From assembly GCA_051313645.2 (NCBI GenBank), contig JBNRSN020000017.1:14446001-14510000 (forward strand): a stretch of 64,000 nucleotides of DNA. The letters run 5' to 3'. The DNA comes from Centroscyllium fabricii. Its lineage: Eukaryota. The notes beneath the pieces are model-generated. The model was given only the letters and a program-made list of their open reading frames with translations. It did no database searches and was not told the origin of the DNA. How positions within the stretch are numbered: position 1 is the first letter of the stretch; every line of letters starts with the position of its first letter. The translations under genes were made by a program, and so were the position numbers. Positions 1 through 13,359 of this stretch are shown piece after piece.

Positions 1-107
1 GCAAACATGCAATCTCCCAAGATATTAAAATGTCCTTTAGTCCCAGTCTGATCCATTCCATCCCACCAGGACGACCCGGCGCTGCAGCCACGATGCTCCC
101 GGTGCTT

Positions 108-1088
108 GGCCTCGCAGCTCCCGGCCCCCGACGGCCTCGCAGCTCCCGGCCCCCGACGGCCTCGCAGCTCCCGGCCCCCGACGGCCTCGCAGCTCCCGGC
201 CCCCGACGGCCTCGCAGCTCCCGGCCCCCGACGGCCTCGCAGCTCCCGGCCCCCGACGGCCTCGCAGCTCCCGGCCCCCGACGGCCTCGCAGCTCCCGGC
301 CCCCGACGGCCTCGCAGCTCCCGGCCCCCGACGGCCTCGCAGCTCCCGGCCCCCGACGGCCTCGCAGCTCCCGGCCCCCGACGGCCTCGCAGCTCCCGGC
401 CCCCGACGGCCTCGCAGCTCCCGGCCCCCGACGGCCTCGCAGCTCCCGGCCCCCGACGGCCTCGCAGCTCCCGGCCCCCGACGGCCTCGCAGCTCCCGGC
501 CCCCGACGGCCTCGCAGCTCCCGGCCCCCGACGGCCTCGCAGCTCCCGGCCCCCGACGGCCTCGCAGCTCCCGGCCCCCGACGGCCTCGCAGCTCCCGGC
601 CCCCGACGGCCTCGCAGCTCCCGGCCCCCGACGGCCTCGCAGCTCCCGGCCCCCGACGGCCTCGCAGCTCCCGGCCCCCGACGGCCTCGCAGCTCCCGGC
701 CCCCGACGGCCTCGCAGCTCCCGGCCCCCGACGGCCTCGCAGCTCCCGGCCCCCGACGGCCTCGCAGCTCCCGGCCCCCGACGGCCTCGCAGCTCCCGGC
801 CCCCGACGGCCTCGCAGCTCCCGGCCCCCGACGGCCTCGCAGCTCCCGGCCCCCGACGGCCTCGCAGCTCCCGGCCCCCGACGGCCTCGCAGCTCCCGGC
901 CCCCGACGGCCTCGCAGCTCCCGGCCCCCGACGGCCTCGCAGCTCCCGGCCCCCGACGGCCTCGCAGCTCCCGGCCCCCGACGGCCTCGCAGCTCCCGGC
1001 CCCCGACGGCCTCGCAGCTCCCGGCCCCCGACGGCCTCGCAGCTCCCGGCCCCCGACGGCCTCGCAGCTCCCGGCCCCCGACGGCCTC
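108..1088. repeat. Perfect GC-rich 25-bp minisatellite (GGCCTCGCAGCTCCCGGCCCCCGAC), ~39 copies, intronic
   Basis: Exact 25-bp periodicity (the sequence register recurs every 300 bp = 12 units). It explains the repetitive ORFs 30..1157 and 106..1125. Confidence 0.97.
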
Positions 1089-1959
1089 AGGACAGTCAGT
1101 TCTTTGCAAACATTACTACTTGTGATGATGCAGCAGTTGGTGAGTCTGCCTTCTTGAGGGAGCACCACTTGTCCAAATATAATTTGGGTGATGTTACTCC
1201 AGATTTTTACCAAACAGTTTATGTTGGTGCAAAGCTGAAACCAGTTTGTTTCAATGTAAACTGTGTGGTATTACTAACATGTAATAATATTGGACCCAGA
1301 GGTATTCAAAGTCACTTGAGACATACATCTGACCTTTTTAAACTCCGTTTCTTTTGCCATGCTAATTTCTGCATTCACTTCTGAACATGTTGGTTTCTTC
1401 TATTCTTGCTGACGCGCAGTTCGTGGCCACTCGCAGCCCTCCAGTACCTTGCCTAACTGGTCGTTTGGCAGGTTATTGAACTGCAGGACAAAATGGTCCA
1501 GCCAAATCCTACCCTCGCCCAGTATCCCAGAAGCGCACTGCCAACAGGGGTTCCTGATATTGATCACAAATGGGAACTTTGCTCCGGGCAGTTGTTGTAC
1601 TTCTAGTGCCCTGGCTGAGCCCAGCTGACTGAGGAGACTGGGAATAGACGTGGGAACTTCTTGGTTTATATGGCTCACACACTCATCGGATATATTTGCT
1701 GAGCCATCAGGGGAGCTGTCCTGGTAATGGACTGTTAGTGAGATATATCAGTGAACTATTCAATAAATATCTCTACTTTAAAAAGAGTATTCTGTTTAAA
1801 CTGCTGTTTCTCCCAACATTCAGGTTATGACTGTTAATTGGGTATTGCTGTGATTCGAGCTCCTCTGTGCTGCCTGGCCCGGGGCTTCAGGTGCGGGGAT
1901 CAGCTGCATTCCCGAGGCATTTTCTCATTGCAACAACTAATCAAGAGGCCCACCTCCAC

Positions 1960-2340
1960 TGTGCATTAAATCCTCTTCACAGTTCCAGCCTTTGTTCCTC
2001 TCATTGCCAGGCTTCCGAAGAATCTTCCTCATTGGTGCTGTCACCTCCACTGCACGCACCTCACGCTGTTCATTTCTGCACTCAATGACATTACACTCCA
2101 GCTGTGGTTCAACCAGTATCTTGTACAAATTCAACTTACATCTGCACCCATATGTCTTTTTCTTCCTCCATTCTGTCAAGTGTTGTCCCATTTAGGTATA
2201 CTTCCTTCACTGAATTTCTCGCCAAAATATACCGGTTGACATTTCTCTTCATTGATTTGCATCTGCCACGTTTTGCCCACTCTGCTAACCTGTCTGTCGT
2301 GCAGTCTCCTGCATTCTTCCCCACAGTTGGTCATGCCCCT
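1960..2340 (-). mobile_element. Old, decayed CR1-clade LINE ORF2 fragment
   Basis: Minus-strand translations DRLAEWAKR and LNLYKILVEPQLEC resemble the CR1 RT C-terminal region. Confidence 0.6.
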
Positions 2341-2522
2341 TTAGTTGGTATTATCAAAAATTTGGTGATCGGCAAAAGAACCAAAGGCGATGCAAGGAAA
2401 AGCTTTTTTGTGGGCAAACATTTGTCAGATGGAGTATAAAGTGGGAAAGTGTGAGGTTATCCACTTTGACAGGAAAAATAAAAAATCAAACTATTACTTA
2501 AATGGAGATAGATTACAAAATA

Positions 2523-3054
2523 CAGGTTGTGCACCGAAAATCCATGTCCCGAATAGCCGGCAGCTTCAGTCTGCCGGCACAAATTGCCCCGACTGCACTG
2601 CGCATGCGCAAGATGGCAGCCGCCATCGTGGCTTCGGCGAATGATCTGCGCATGCGCTCGGCGCATGCGCAGATCATTCAAAACGGCTGCCGGGTGTTTT
2701 GAATGATCTGCGCATGCATCGCCGGACGGTTAGCGCATGCGCAGATAATTCAATACGGCCGCCGGTTATTTTCTCCACAGCTGAGCCCCGTGACTGAGGC
2801 AGACAGTCACCAGGCAACAGCTGTCAGCCTGAGTCCGGCTCGGCGGCCTCAGCAACCCGAAAGGCGATGGAGAGGGACGGCGGACCCGGGCCCGATCTGC
2901 GCATGCGCGCGCCAGCCAATCCCAATGTTGCGCGCATGCGCGCGGCCATTTTGAATGGTGCGCATGCGCAGTGTCCAACCTCGTTCTCCCGGTTTTTTCA
3001 ATTTCCCGGCACGGGCCTGGTCCCGCCCGTGGCGGATTAATGGTGCACAACCTG
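2523..3054. mobile_element. Non-autonomous Tc1/mariner (Tigger/pogo-like) MITE, CAGGTTG family
   Basis: TIRs CAGGTTGTGCACC...GGTGCACAACCTG flanked by TA on both sides. Inserted into a CR1 fragment. Several related copies in the window. Confidence 0.9.
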
Positions 3055-3847
3055 TACTACAGTTCAGAGGGACCTGGGGGTCCTTGTGCATGAAACACAA
3101 AAAGTTAGCAAGCAGGTACAGCATGGAATACAGCATACGGAATGCTGGCCTTTCTTTCAAGGGGATGAGTATAAAAGTAAGGAAGTCCTGCTACAACTGT
3201 ACAAGGTATTGGTGAGGCCTCACCTGGAGTACTGCGTACAGTTTTGGTCTCCTTATTTAAGGAAGGATAAACAGGTACTTGAATTGGAGGCAGTTCAGAG
3301 ACGATTCACGAGGTTAATTTCAGAGATGAGGGGGGTTGACTTATGAGGAAAGGTTGAGCAGGCTGGGCCTATACTCATTGGAATTTAGAAGAATGAGAGG
3401 TGATCTTATTGAAACATATAAGATACTTAATGGGGCTCAAGGTGGATAAATCACCTGGACCTGATGGCTTACATCCTAGGGTCTTGAGGGAAGTGGCGGT
3501 AGGCATTGTGGATGCATTGGTAATAATTTTCCAAAACTCCCTGGACTCAGCAAAAGTCCCAGCAGACTGGAAAACTGCGAATGTAACACCCTTATTTAAA
3601 AAAGGCAGTAGACAGAAGGCTGGAAACTATAGACCGGTTAGCCTAATGTCTGTCGTGGGTAAAATTTTGGAGTTGAATTTGTACAAGATACTGGTTGAAC
3701 CACAGCTGGAGTATAATGTCATTAAGGAGACAGTAACAGGACATTTGGTAAACTTAATTTAATAGGACAAAGTCAGCATGGTTTTACAAAGGGAAAGTCT
3801 TGTTTGACAAATTTGTTGGAGTTCTTTGAGGAAGTAACATATAGGGT

Positions 3848-3987
3848 CTAGCGTCTCCCGGAGGGCAGGGGGGCGAACAGACTTTGGCTGGGGTGTGTGG
3901 GGTCTTTAATAATGTTCAGAGACCTCCGTAGGCAACGTTTGAGGTAGGTGCGTTCGATTGATGGTAGCTGGGTGCCGGTGATTCGAA
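3848..3987 (-). mobile_element. Rex1/Babar-type LINE fragment (RT C-terminus)
   Basis: Reverse strand reads RITGTQLPSIERTYLKRCLRRSLNIIKDPTHPSQSLFAPLPSGRR, typical of the Rex1 ORF C-terminus. Confidence 0.7.
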
Positions 3988-5964
3988 AGAAGGTTCACTC
4001 GGTTAATCCCAGGGATGAGGGATTGGACATATGAGGAGAGGTTGAGTAGATTGGGACTCTACTCATTGGAGTTCAGAAGAATGAGGGGAGATCTTATTGA
4101 AACATATAAGATTGTGAAGGGGTTGGATCGGGTGGATGCGGGGAAGATGTTCCCAATGATGGGTGAAACTAGAACAAGGGGGCATAAACTTAGAATAAGG
4201 GGCTGCTCTTTCAAAACTGAGATGAGGAGAAACTACTTCACTCAGAGGGTAGTAGGTCCATGGAACATGCTGCCCCAAAAAGCTGTAGAAGCTACATCAT
4301 TACATAAATTTAAAACAGATATAGACAGTTTCCTAGTAGTAAAAGGGATTAAAGGTTACGGGGAGCGGGCAGGAATTTGGACATGAGTCTAGGTTCAGAT
4401 CGGTCATGGCCCTGTGGGTAGTGGAGTGGGCCCAGGGACCGTGTAGCCTGATCCTGTTGCTATTTCGTGTGTCTAATTCTGTTAGATGCAGGAGATGCTT
4501 CTGTGATAGTAGGTTGGTTGTTAGGATCAGATCAGCCATGATCTTATTGAATGGCGGGGCGGGCTCGAAGGGCCGATTGGCCTACTCCTGCTCCTATTTC
4601 TTATGTTCTTATACTAAGGGGGCTCGACAGGGTAGATGCAGAGAGGATCTTTCCCCTCATGGGGAAATCTAGAACTTGGGGGCACAGCCTCAGAATAAAG
4701 GGTCGCCCTTTTAGAACTGAGATGCGGAGGAATTTCTTCTCTGAGGGTCGCAAATCTGTGGAATTCTCTGCCCCAGAGAGCCGTGGAGGCCGGGTCATTA
4801 AATACATTTAAGGTGGAGATAGACAGATTTTTGCAAGATAAGGGAGGGAAGGGTTATGGGGAGCTGGTGGGGAAGTGGCTTTGAGCCCAAAATCAGCCAT
4901 GATCTTATTGAATGGTTCGAGGGGCCAAGTGGCCTATTCCTACTCCTATTTCTTATGTTCTTATCAACAAGTTAAAATCCACTTCTGCCCATATCTAAAT
5001 GGAAAAACAAGTTGTCCCAGTACAGATCTCTAGCACACTTCACATACCCAAGTCTTGCTAATCTGAAAAACATTAATTTCTCCCTATTCTCTGCTTTCTG
5101 TCACATAGCCATCACTCTATCCACGTGGCTATATTAACTTGAATAACCTGTATCTTGACACGTCTCTGATATGACACCTTAATCTATACATACAACCTAA
5201 ACCGTTCCTTTATCAAGACACCGATTTCATCAAAAAATTTAGGCGCCACCTGCTTTTTACAGCTCCATTCCAATTGTCTCTGAATATTTAGAAAGGTATT
5301 CGTTAATCAATCATTTTACCCCATATTATGAAGCCTGGAAGTTTACCCACAACCAGGGTTAGACTAACTGGCCCATAAATTCCTGCCTTTATTCCTTTCT
5401 CTCTTTGTCAATAAGGGTGGAACATTTGTCTTTCCAATCCTTTGGCACAATGAATTTCCGTTTCTAGATTTTGTTTTTTAGGAAATGATTACTGGTGCCT
5501 CCTATTTCCTCTCCAATTTCCCTCCCTATTTTGAGATGTATCACATCTGGGCCCAGTGATTTTTTTGTTGTTGTACTTTTTAAGTCCTATTCGAGTAGTG
5601 GCTGTTCCCCGACTACTTCCGGTGTTGAGCCCGGTCATTGTAATGAGTGTATGAGTAGCTCAGGATGCCTCTCCTCTCTTTCTATACTGCTGCCGTCTCG
5701 CATCTCCTTTTATCTTCCCTCCCCATCCCAAGTGGAGAAGTATGTGGGTCAGGTTGGAAACTCCGCATGCAAGGCAATGAACCTAGTCTTGTAACATTGC
5801 CCTGAGAGGGTGTAACGCTTCTAAACCTATGCCATTGTCCATGATTTACCAATTACAAATGCTGCACTGTTTGCACGGACTCACTTTCTGAAATATTTTG
5901 ATCCGCAATTACTGGACTTGTTAAGATTGGTTGCAGTTTCCCATTCAGTAATTATTATTCAGTA

Positions 5965-6619
5965 CAGGTTGAAGTTCGTTAATCTGGCAGGGTCGGGACC
6001 AGCACCCTGCCGAATTATTGAAGCTTCGGCGGCGCATGCGCGGGGCATTCAAAATGGCCACCGCGAAATTTTTAATGCTCTGCGCACGCGCCGCCAGTAC
6101 CTGGAAGTTAATTATCGGCCCCAGGGACGCACTCGATTCTGTTGCCCATGGTGGATCAGGGAGGCCCAATGCGCGGCTCAAGCCCGGCTCACGTGATGCC
6201 ACCGCACGCCAGCTTCGGAACGCAGTGACGTCAGCACGCAGCCATCGATTCTGGCTGCATGGCTCCAGCGGGCCTGAGGCCCAATGCGCGGCTCAATCCC
6301 AGCTCGTGACGCCACCGCACGCCAGCTTCGGGACGTCGGCACGCAGTAGCCTCCTGCAGCGATGGGGAGCCGGGCGCCGAGTTTTGGCTGTACCGCGTCC
6401 TGCGAAAGGCGGCAACAGCTCATTTTCTGGGCCTGGGATTCACCATCGGCATCGGGGTGGTCACTGAGCCGGGATCCAGTGACTGTATGTTAGGTGAAAG
6501 GGAAGCCCAGCCCTGATGGCGGCCATTTTTGAATTGTCTGCGCATGCAGTCGGGAAAATCTGTGCCGAACGACTGAAGCTGCCGGTTTTTCGGGTGCCGG
6601 ATTACCGAACTTCAACCTG
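5965..6619. mobile_element. CAGGTTG-family MITE, divergent subfamily with internal duplication
   Basis: TIRs CAGGTTGAAGTTCG...CGAACTTCAACCTG, TA flanks, internal direct duplication (GAGGCCCAATGCGCGGCTCAA...CAGCTTCGG twice). Confidence 0.88.
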
Positions 6620-7063
6620 TATCTGTTTCCAGACTTAGAATGCTCTTTTTGGAAAAGTAATTCAATTAAAAAAATAATGAAGTAAATGTTCAATTGAATC
6701 TCAAAACTGAAACATTTGTGAGCCATCTATAAAGAAGAGTTCCTTGCTTCGTGAAAGGTTGAGTAAGTACTGTCTTCACACAAACTGTGGTGGTCTTGCA
6801 TGGTATTCCCCCCCCCCCCTCCCCTTCCTTATACTCAAACTGGTGGTCCTTGGAGCTCGTTGTATTTTTGGGGTGGGCATGTGGGGACAGGTTTATATAC
6901 TGAAATTGGAACTATGCTCAACTTGCGTCAAATCAGTCTGGTAGGGATGTTAGTGTTTTGGGCAACTACTTGGAAACGCACTCTTGTTGCTTTTTAATAC
7001 CAAATAAAATAAAACAGCTAGTCTGTCTCTAGTCCTAAAAGAAATCGCCATTCTTTTCCTCAG

Positions 7064-7279
7064 AGGAAATTTTGGAGCGACAGAAAGCAAAACAAGAAGC
7101 CGAGATGGAGGAAGTTAAGCGAAAAGCAGCAGAACAAGCAGAGAAGGCCAGGAGAGAGACTGGCGATAATGGCCAGATGGAGATTGAGAAGTGTAATGAA
7201 GCTTCAGAAGAGCAAACTGAAGAGAAGGACAAGGATAGGAAAGAGACTGAAGAAAATCTTCAGGAAAAAGGCACAGAAG
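7064..7279 (+). CDS. BPTF: BPTF internal coding exon (EILERQKAK...KGTE), phase 1-1, 216 bp
   Basis: ttcctcag|AG acceptor, AAG|gtaaat donor. Begins (E)EILE like vertebrate BPTF; acidic, low complexity. Confidence 0.85.
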
Positions 7280-8633
7280 GTAAATGGTGCTTACCCACTG
7301 TGAAGTCATACTGGGTTAACCATCAGCTCGTATCACTGCAGTTATTTCAATTGCTTGCATGCAACTGAGACACTTTGTTTCTGTTAATCTTAAAACTAGA
7401 TTTGGGATTCAAATATCTTCTGGGTAATGTTCATTCCGATGTCTGTTGTAATAGTTGAAGCCAGACTTGAGAGCTATAGTACTGAAGTTAGTTCTGGCTT
7501 GCATGTACACAGATGGAACAAAAGATCCTACTTTAAAAAAAAAACCAATCTATACCATATTTGCATCAGTCTGTTTTAAATTGAACTTTATTTGAAACAA
7601 TGAAAATATGTACATCATGCCATTTTATTGATTAAAATTCAAATCCCAGCAGAGGCACTAGGCTTGAAAGTGAACTTTATTTTATTTTAATTTACTTGGT
7701 GTGTAGACCCAGAGGCCAGGAAGTTTTCTGTATTATTGCGTTATGTTTATCTTCTTGAACAGCTGCTTAATGAGAACACGGTGGTGTGTTAAAACTGTCA
7801 GACCCAACCTGATTGCAGTTCAATTTCACCACGCTACGGTTGGAACCAGATAGAAAGCGTGTTGTCAGCAGGATTTTGATGAACTATTACAGTGGGTGTG
7901 TTCGTGCTACATCCACTTGACCTGTGGGGTGGGGCGAAGAGAAGGGGGCATACAGCAGTACAACTATTGATTTTACCCTTTCCAACCCTCCTTTGTGTTG
8001 GGAGAGAGCATTTTGTGTTCCATCTCTACAAGTCTCACTGGTGATCGTGGTGATGGCGGTGGAAGAAATTTAATGGGATGCATTGATAGTAGCAGAAAGG
8101 AAGGACAACTTTAACCTGTGTTGAATTGGTACCAATGGGCTGAACAAGCTGGGTGACAACATTGCTTGCTATGTAATACTCTTTGAATAGAAAGTGAGAT
8201 TGAAATCCGATTGTCATACCAGGTTGTATCTGTTTGAAGGAATTAACTGTTCAGGTGTGAACTTGTGAAACATTACCAGTGTTGGGAAATATTACAAGCT
8301 GTTGCCATTGGGAAATAATCCTGTGCCCTCCTCATCTGTTCTGAGGAGCAGTTTTTAGCTTTGCTAAAATAGAAATGGCATGGTTGAGGGCCTTTGGATA
8401 AAGCCTTGGAGATGTTCTCGCACGTTAGACAGCAGTAGGTGATGCTTATTATAAATATTACAGAAAATGGTTTTTGTGTTGATTGTATTTTAAAATGTGA
8501 AATGAGTGCTGTTAATTCTGATGTTCTGCTTGAAATGTGACTGAGATGTGCAAACATTCTTGGGTATTTCCTAAGAACTTGTAGTCAGGGACATATTCAA
8601 AAGGTAGTGCTTGTGTTCTACGTTTTGCTGTAG

Positions 8634-8846
8634 ACCCCATGCCTAGTGGAGATAACCGTAGCTCTGAAAGTTCAGAGACATTGAAGAGTGATGGCAGCAG
8701 CAGCCAAAATCCTTCTGCAGAGGAAAATAAGCCTCCCCCGTTGAAGGACACTGGAGAGAGTGAGCTGGCAAACCCTGAAGCTGAGAAGCTGACAGAGGAG
8801 AAGAAACTGGCAGTCGAGCCAGTACAGCTCCCTCTGGATAGAACAG
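8634..8846 (+). CDS. BPTF: BPTF internal coding exon (DPMPSGDNRS...LPLDRT), phase 1-1, 213 bp
   Basis: gctgtag|AC acceptor, CAG|gtacag donor. Open frame; EKKLAVE resembles the mammalian EKKVASE segment. Confidence 0.75.
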
Positions 8847-10797
8847 GTACAGAAGGTCACTCATCACACCTCGGAGTGGGGGGAGCAGTTCTTTTCTTGG
8901 TCGTATTCTAAGTGAACGAACTACCTCCATCTTTGGAGTCATTCCATCAGTCCATTTTTATTTTTCTCTGTTCGTGTTATTTGCTCATATTGCAGTCTGG
9001 CTGTCTGTTCACAAACCTATTCATTAGTAAGCTGGTAGTACAAATGAAAATGAGACATCTAACTTAAAAAAAAATTGAAACTTGACAATATAATCTTTTT
9101 TGGTATAATATTGCTGCTTGAAGTTTTGAGCTTTGTTTTGTCTGCCCTTCATATTAAAACATTTCTAAGATGTATTTTAAGTGATTTAACTGCACTTTGA
9201 TTGTAACGACTTCATATTTTTCCCCATTTTAAGTTTAGATTTTATCCTGTGCTCCTGAATGCCCAAATTCTTGCTGAGTTTGTTCCTGTCCTCATCCAAT
9301 GAGCCCATGTGCAGTTTCTAACTGGATATTGGGCAGAAGCAGGAACAGTGATGAACTATTCCTTTGACTCGCTCAGGGACATTGAGGCTGAATGTGCCGC
9401 TCCCATTGTCATCCTGGCTGAAGCCTGCTAACTTACTGCAAACCAGGTCCATGGCTGCTTTGTATACCCGAGCATCACACTCAGCAATGCATTGAGAGGG
9501 CATCATTATTTGTTTGCAGTTCGCCTTTGGTGTTGGACTCTTGACAGTACACACAGGCCTTTCTCCCCATGATTACTTCAATGCATAATGGAATATGACT
9601 ATTGTCTGTCTATGTATCATCAGATTCTAGAACTTTTTTAAACTTCATAGTCATTTTCAATTCGATTTATTGATCTTTGTAGCAGTGGTCCCTAGAGGAG
9701 GGAAAACTGCTCGATATTATGTGGCTTTCACACCCTACCAGATGAATCCCAAATTACTTAAATTAATATCTAGCAATTAAGGATTTACTGACGGAATATT
9801 TTAATTGACATCCTTCATCTTCAGTAATCATCTATTTAGTAGATGTCATCACCAATGAAATGCATCTGAAACTTCTTGTTCATGTATTCATACCCATATA
9901 GTGTCTTTTGTTGCTTGAAACACTGACTTGGTGTTAATTAACAGTCATTAAGGTGGTTCAGAAAGTTACGTGTAACTTTTGTTGTATTTTCTTAAGCAAT
10001 AAGTAAAACACAAAGTGGTGAAATGTTTCTTTTATAATGGGGTTGTACTTGTTTCTCTGGATTTTTTGGAAATGCTATTTTTGTTTTTGCTAAATTTGCA
10101 CTCCAGATTCGTTTCAAGTTCGCCAGATTTTACTTTTTGCTTATTTTAAGCTGGAATTATACTTAATATTTTAAAGTAAATATTCTAATCCGGTCTGGCG
10201 TAACTATGGACAAATGTTAAATAATCCAAAAGCAAAAACAAATTGGGGGGGGGGGGACTGCATTCAATGAGCAACCGAAGATAAAATAAAAATATCCAAC
10301 TGCAGTTATTGTTTACAAGCTGCTGTTTTGTAACCTGTTTTAGAAAGACACCCATATAACAGAGCATTGCACCATGGACTGTGTCTCACAGGGGTCCTTT
10401 CACTTGTGTCGCATTGCCAGTGCCGTGCTTGTATCGCTCGTGGCTGCTGGGTCGTTAACACCTGTAAAATAAGTTTCATGGCACATGTTATATAAATTTC
10501 CATTTCCATTTTATTTGTTGCATGCTTTAAGCATGAATGTGTTTAAATTTCCTCTTGGCAAAATTTGTGTTCAAAGTTAAGCATGTTCGTACTTGGAAGT
10601 AGAATGCTTTTTTTATATTAAAATTTTCTCACCCGGCATCTGCACTAACAGGCCAGATATCACTCAGCAAAGGACACTTCCTCTGGCCCAATAATAAGCC
10701 TCTGCCCCCAGTCTCTTAAGATCACCACCTACTGCACCAGCATAAATTTTTCTAATTCTCACACTAGCTATCCTTATGGTTTATGTGACTAAGAAGG

Positions 10798-11050
10798 CAT
10801 AGAAACATAGAAACTAGGAGCAGGAGTAGGCCATTCGGCCCTTCGAGCCTGCGCCGCCATTCAATGAGATCATGGCTGATCATCCAAACCCAGCACCCTG
10901 TCCCTGCCCCCTCCCCATATCCCTCAATCCCCATCGAGCCTGCACCGACACATATCCCACCCTATCCCCGTAACCCCATATATTCAATCCCCCTAACACT
11001 AAGGGTCAATTTATCCAGGCCAATCAACCTAACCCGCACATCTTTGGACA
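10798..11050 (-). mobile_element. 5'-truncated V-SINE (HE1-like), long CR1-derived tail
   Basis: Matches the 3' half of the full copies at 55142 and 61654. Confidence 0.88.
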
Positions 11051-11438
11051 TTTAACATAAAACTATCCATAATTTGACATGAGGCTCACACCCATTAGGA
11101 ACTTAGTTGAAATTGGCCAACCTCATTTTTCCCACCGGACCGTGACACCCAAAACACAGAATGTATATGGAAGATGATTGAGACATCGGGAGCAGTTTGC
11201 TCAAATCATGCCAAAGATAATTAGGAGCTTTGACATGAGCAAGGACGACTGTTTGGTGTGCACAGGTTAGCAGAATGGGCACATGTGCAAGTGCAGGAAG
11301 AAAATGCTGTAATTAGAAAAAAATTATCGCTTGCAACATTGAGTTTTATAAACGAGAGCAATAAGAGAAAGTCATAAATTTATGCAAAGCAATAGATAGG
11401 TCATAGTTTGAGTAGTGTGTGTAGTTTTGGGCACTCTG

Positions 11439-12484
11439 CAGGGTGCTACAAAAACATTTTCTTTCACTTGCCCAGTCGGGCAAGGCGATTTCTAAAACAC
11501 TTGCCTGAACACAAATTTCACTTGCCCGAAATTTTTAAAGAAATAAAGATTTTTATTAGAATGCTTCAATATAAAGCCATAGATTGTGATTGTGCCTTTA
11601 GTTGCATTGGCCCGGTTTCTGCCCCTCTCAGCCCAGGTGTCTCTCTCTCTCTCTCTCTACTCTGAACATTCTTCCCTCATTTACCAGACTTTCTGTGAAG
11701 CCTCCGCAGGCCACGGGCTCCCTCACTCTCTCCCCGCCTACCTTCGTCCAGCAGCCACTCCGTTTTTTTCTCTCTCTGGCACCGACCCACTCTTGCCGCG
11801 CACCACCAGCCTGCTCCACCTGACGCGACTGCTGCCCCTGTCCCTTGATTGACACGTCGCCTCCTCCAATCACTGCCGCGCCGCCTGGCCCCGCCGGCCA
11901 ATCCGCACCCATCTCCAGGGCGTGACCCATCCACTCGTGCCCGTGGCCTCGATCATCGAGCGGGCAAGCAGTTTTGTCGCACCCTGGACTGTCCCAGGAT
12001 TTGGCCTCTGGGTGTCAGTGTCCCTGGATTCGGACTCTGGGTGTCAGTGTCCTTGATTGGATTGGACCCGGTGCTCGGTGCTCGGACACTCCCAGCTGCT
12101 TGGAGGAGCAGGAATTCCAGCGCCTCTCAAAGGGTCCCAACCAAAGATGTCGACTCCACACCTCTCTCCCTCGATGCTGCCGGGCACGCCAAGCCACCAC
12201 CTCCCCCAATGCTGCCCGAGCTGCTGAGCCCCCCCCCCCCCCCCCCAAGCACTTTCTGCTGTTCATACCGACCCACTGTTGCTGCCACCAGCCCGCTCCA
12301 CCTAACTTGATTGCTGCCCCGTCCCCTGATTGACAAGCCGTCTCCTCCAATCCCCGCCGCGCCGCCCGCACCCACCTCCAGGGCGGGATCCACCGCACTT
12401 ACCCGATCGGGCAAGTCCGATTTTGTTTTGCTTGCCTGTCGGCGCATTTTGCTTGCCCTGGGCAAGCGATTTTGTCGTGCCCTG
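11439..12484. mobile_element. Non-autonomous hAT-like DNA element with internal direct repeat
   Basis: Imperfect TIRs CAGGGTGCTACAAAA...TTTTGTCGTGCCCTG, subterminal TTGCCC/GGGCAAG motifs, internal duplication ~11805-11930 vs ~12285-12400. TSD not clear. Confidence 0.6.
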
Positions 12485-13359
12485 CTCATTTATAGCGAGG
12501 ACACTGAAATACCTAGAGCGCTTGCAGTTTAGATTCAGCAGGATGATGCCAGAGGTTGGAACTACAGTAATAGACTTGAGATACTGGGACTAATTCAGTT
12601 GGTGTTGGGAGGAGTTTTAATAATGTTTTGTTTTAAATTAAGCATTTTGTTAGGTGTGTTTAAATTGCTTTTAAATGCAATGCACCAGTTTTTGAACAAG
12701 ACTAGTTAGGCAACTTCATTTGGTACCAATCCCCTCATGTAGTTTAGATCAAGAACATAGTGTGTGGTAAATCATGGCCACCAACCCACCTCCAACTATT
12801 CTGTAGCATGTTGGAGGACTAACATGATGCATCACAATTTCACACCTCTTGATTAAAGTTATTTATGTTATTGCAACCTTTAGTACTTTTCTATTACAAG
12901 ATCACAAAACTTGAATATATATTTTACAGACCACTGAGTCAACTTAAGAAATCTGAGCCAGACTAGGCCATACGACCCCTCGAGCCCGCTCTGCCGTTCA
13001 GTAAGATCATGGCTGATCTTCTACCTCAATTCCACTTCCCTGCCTTGTCCCCTAAAGAGTTATTCTTCACGTCCATTTAGACAAGTTTAGAAAAAGGCAA
13101 AAATATATAACTTAATTGCTCCTCAACACGTGGCATATTGTACTGCTGTACCTGTCATTAAAGCATCTTGCTTTCTACGATTGCATATTTTTAAATTCGC
13201 TGCATGATACCTGTTGCATTGGAATATCACATTCTCTTTGTCCGCCGTATTTTTTTCTTGTGATTGAATCATTTCATTGTTTACTTTTTTTATACAAAGC
13301 ATTTAAAAATGCACTTCTTTTAGTATGAAGAGATTGAAAGAGAATCATAAATTGACACT

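Larger units (their letters stand above)
2420..4963 (+). mobile_element. Cluster of CR1-clade LINE fragments (RT segments and two 3' ends), interrupted by a MITE and a Rex1-like piece
   Basis: Peptides [28 protein letters not shown]...NYRPVSL and RRMRGDLIETYKI...RTRGH. Tails end in the GGCC-stem loop plus (TTCTTATG)n at ~4610 and ~4963. Confidence 0.9.

Noticed and set aside
108-1088. CRISPR-like array
   Set aside because: Head-to-tail repeats without spacers, no cas genes, eukaryotic context.
30-1157. 375-aa and 339-aa repetitive Pro/Arg-rich ORFs
   Set aside because: By-product of a stop-free 25-bp minisatellite; the unit is not a multiple of three and the same peptide appears in several frames.
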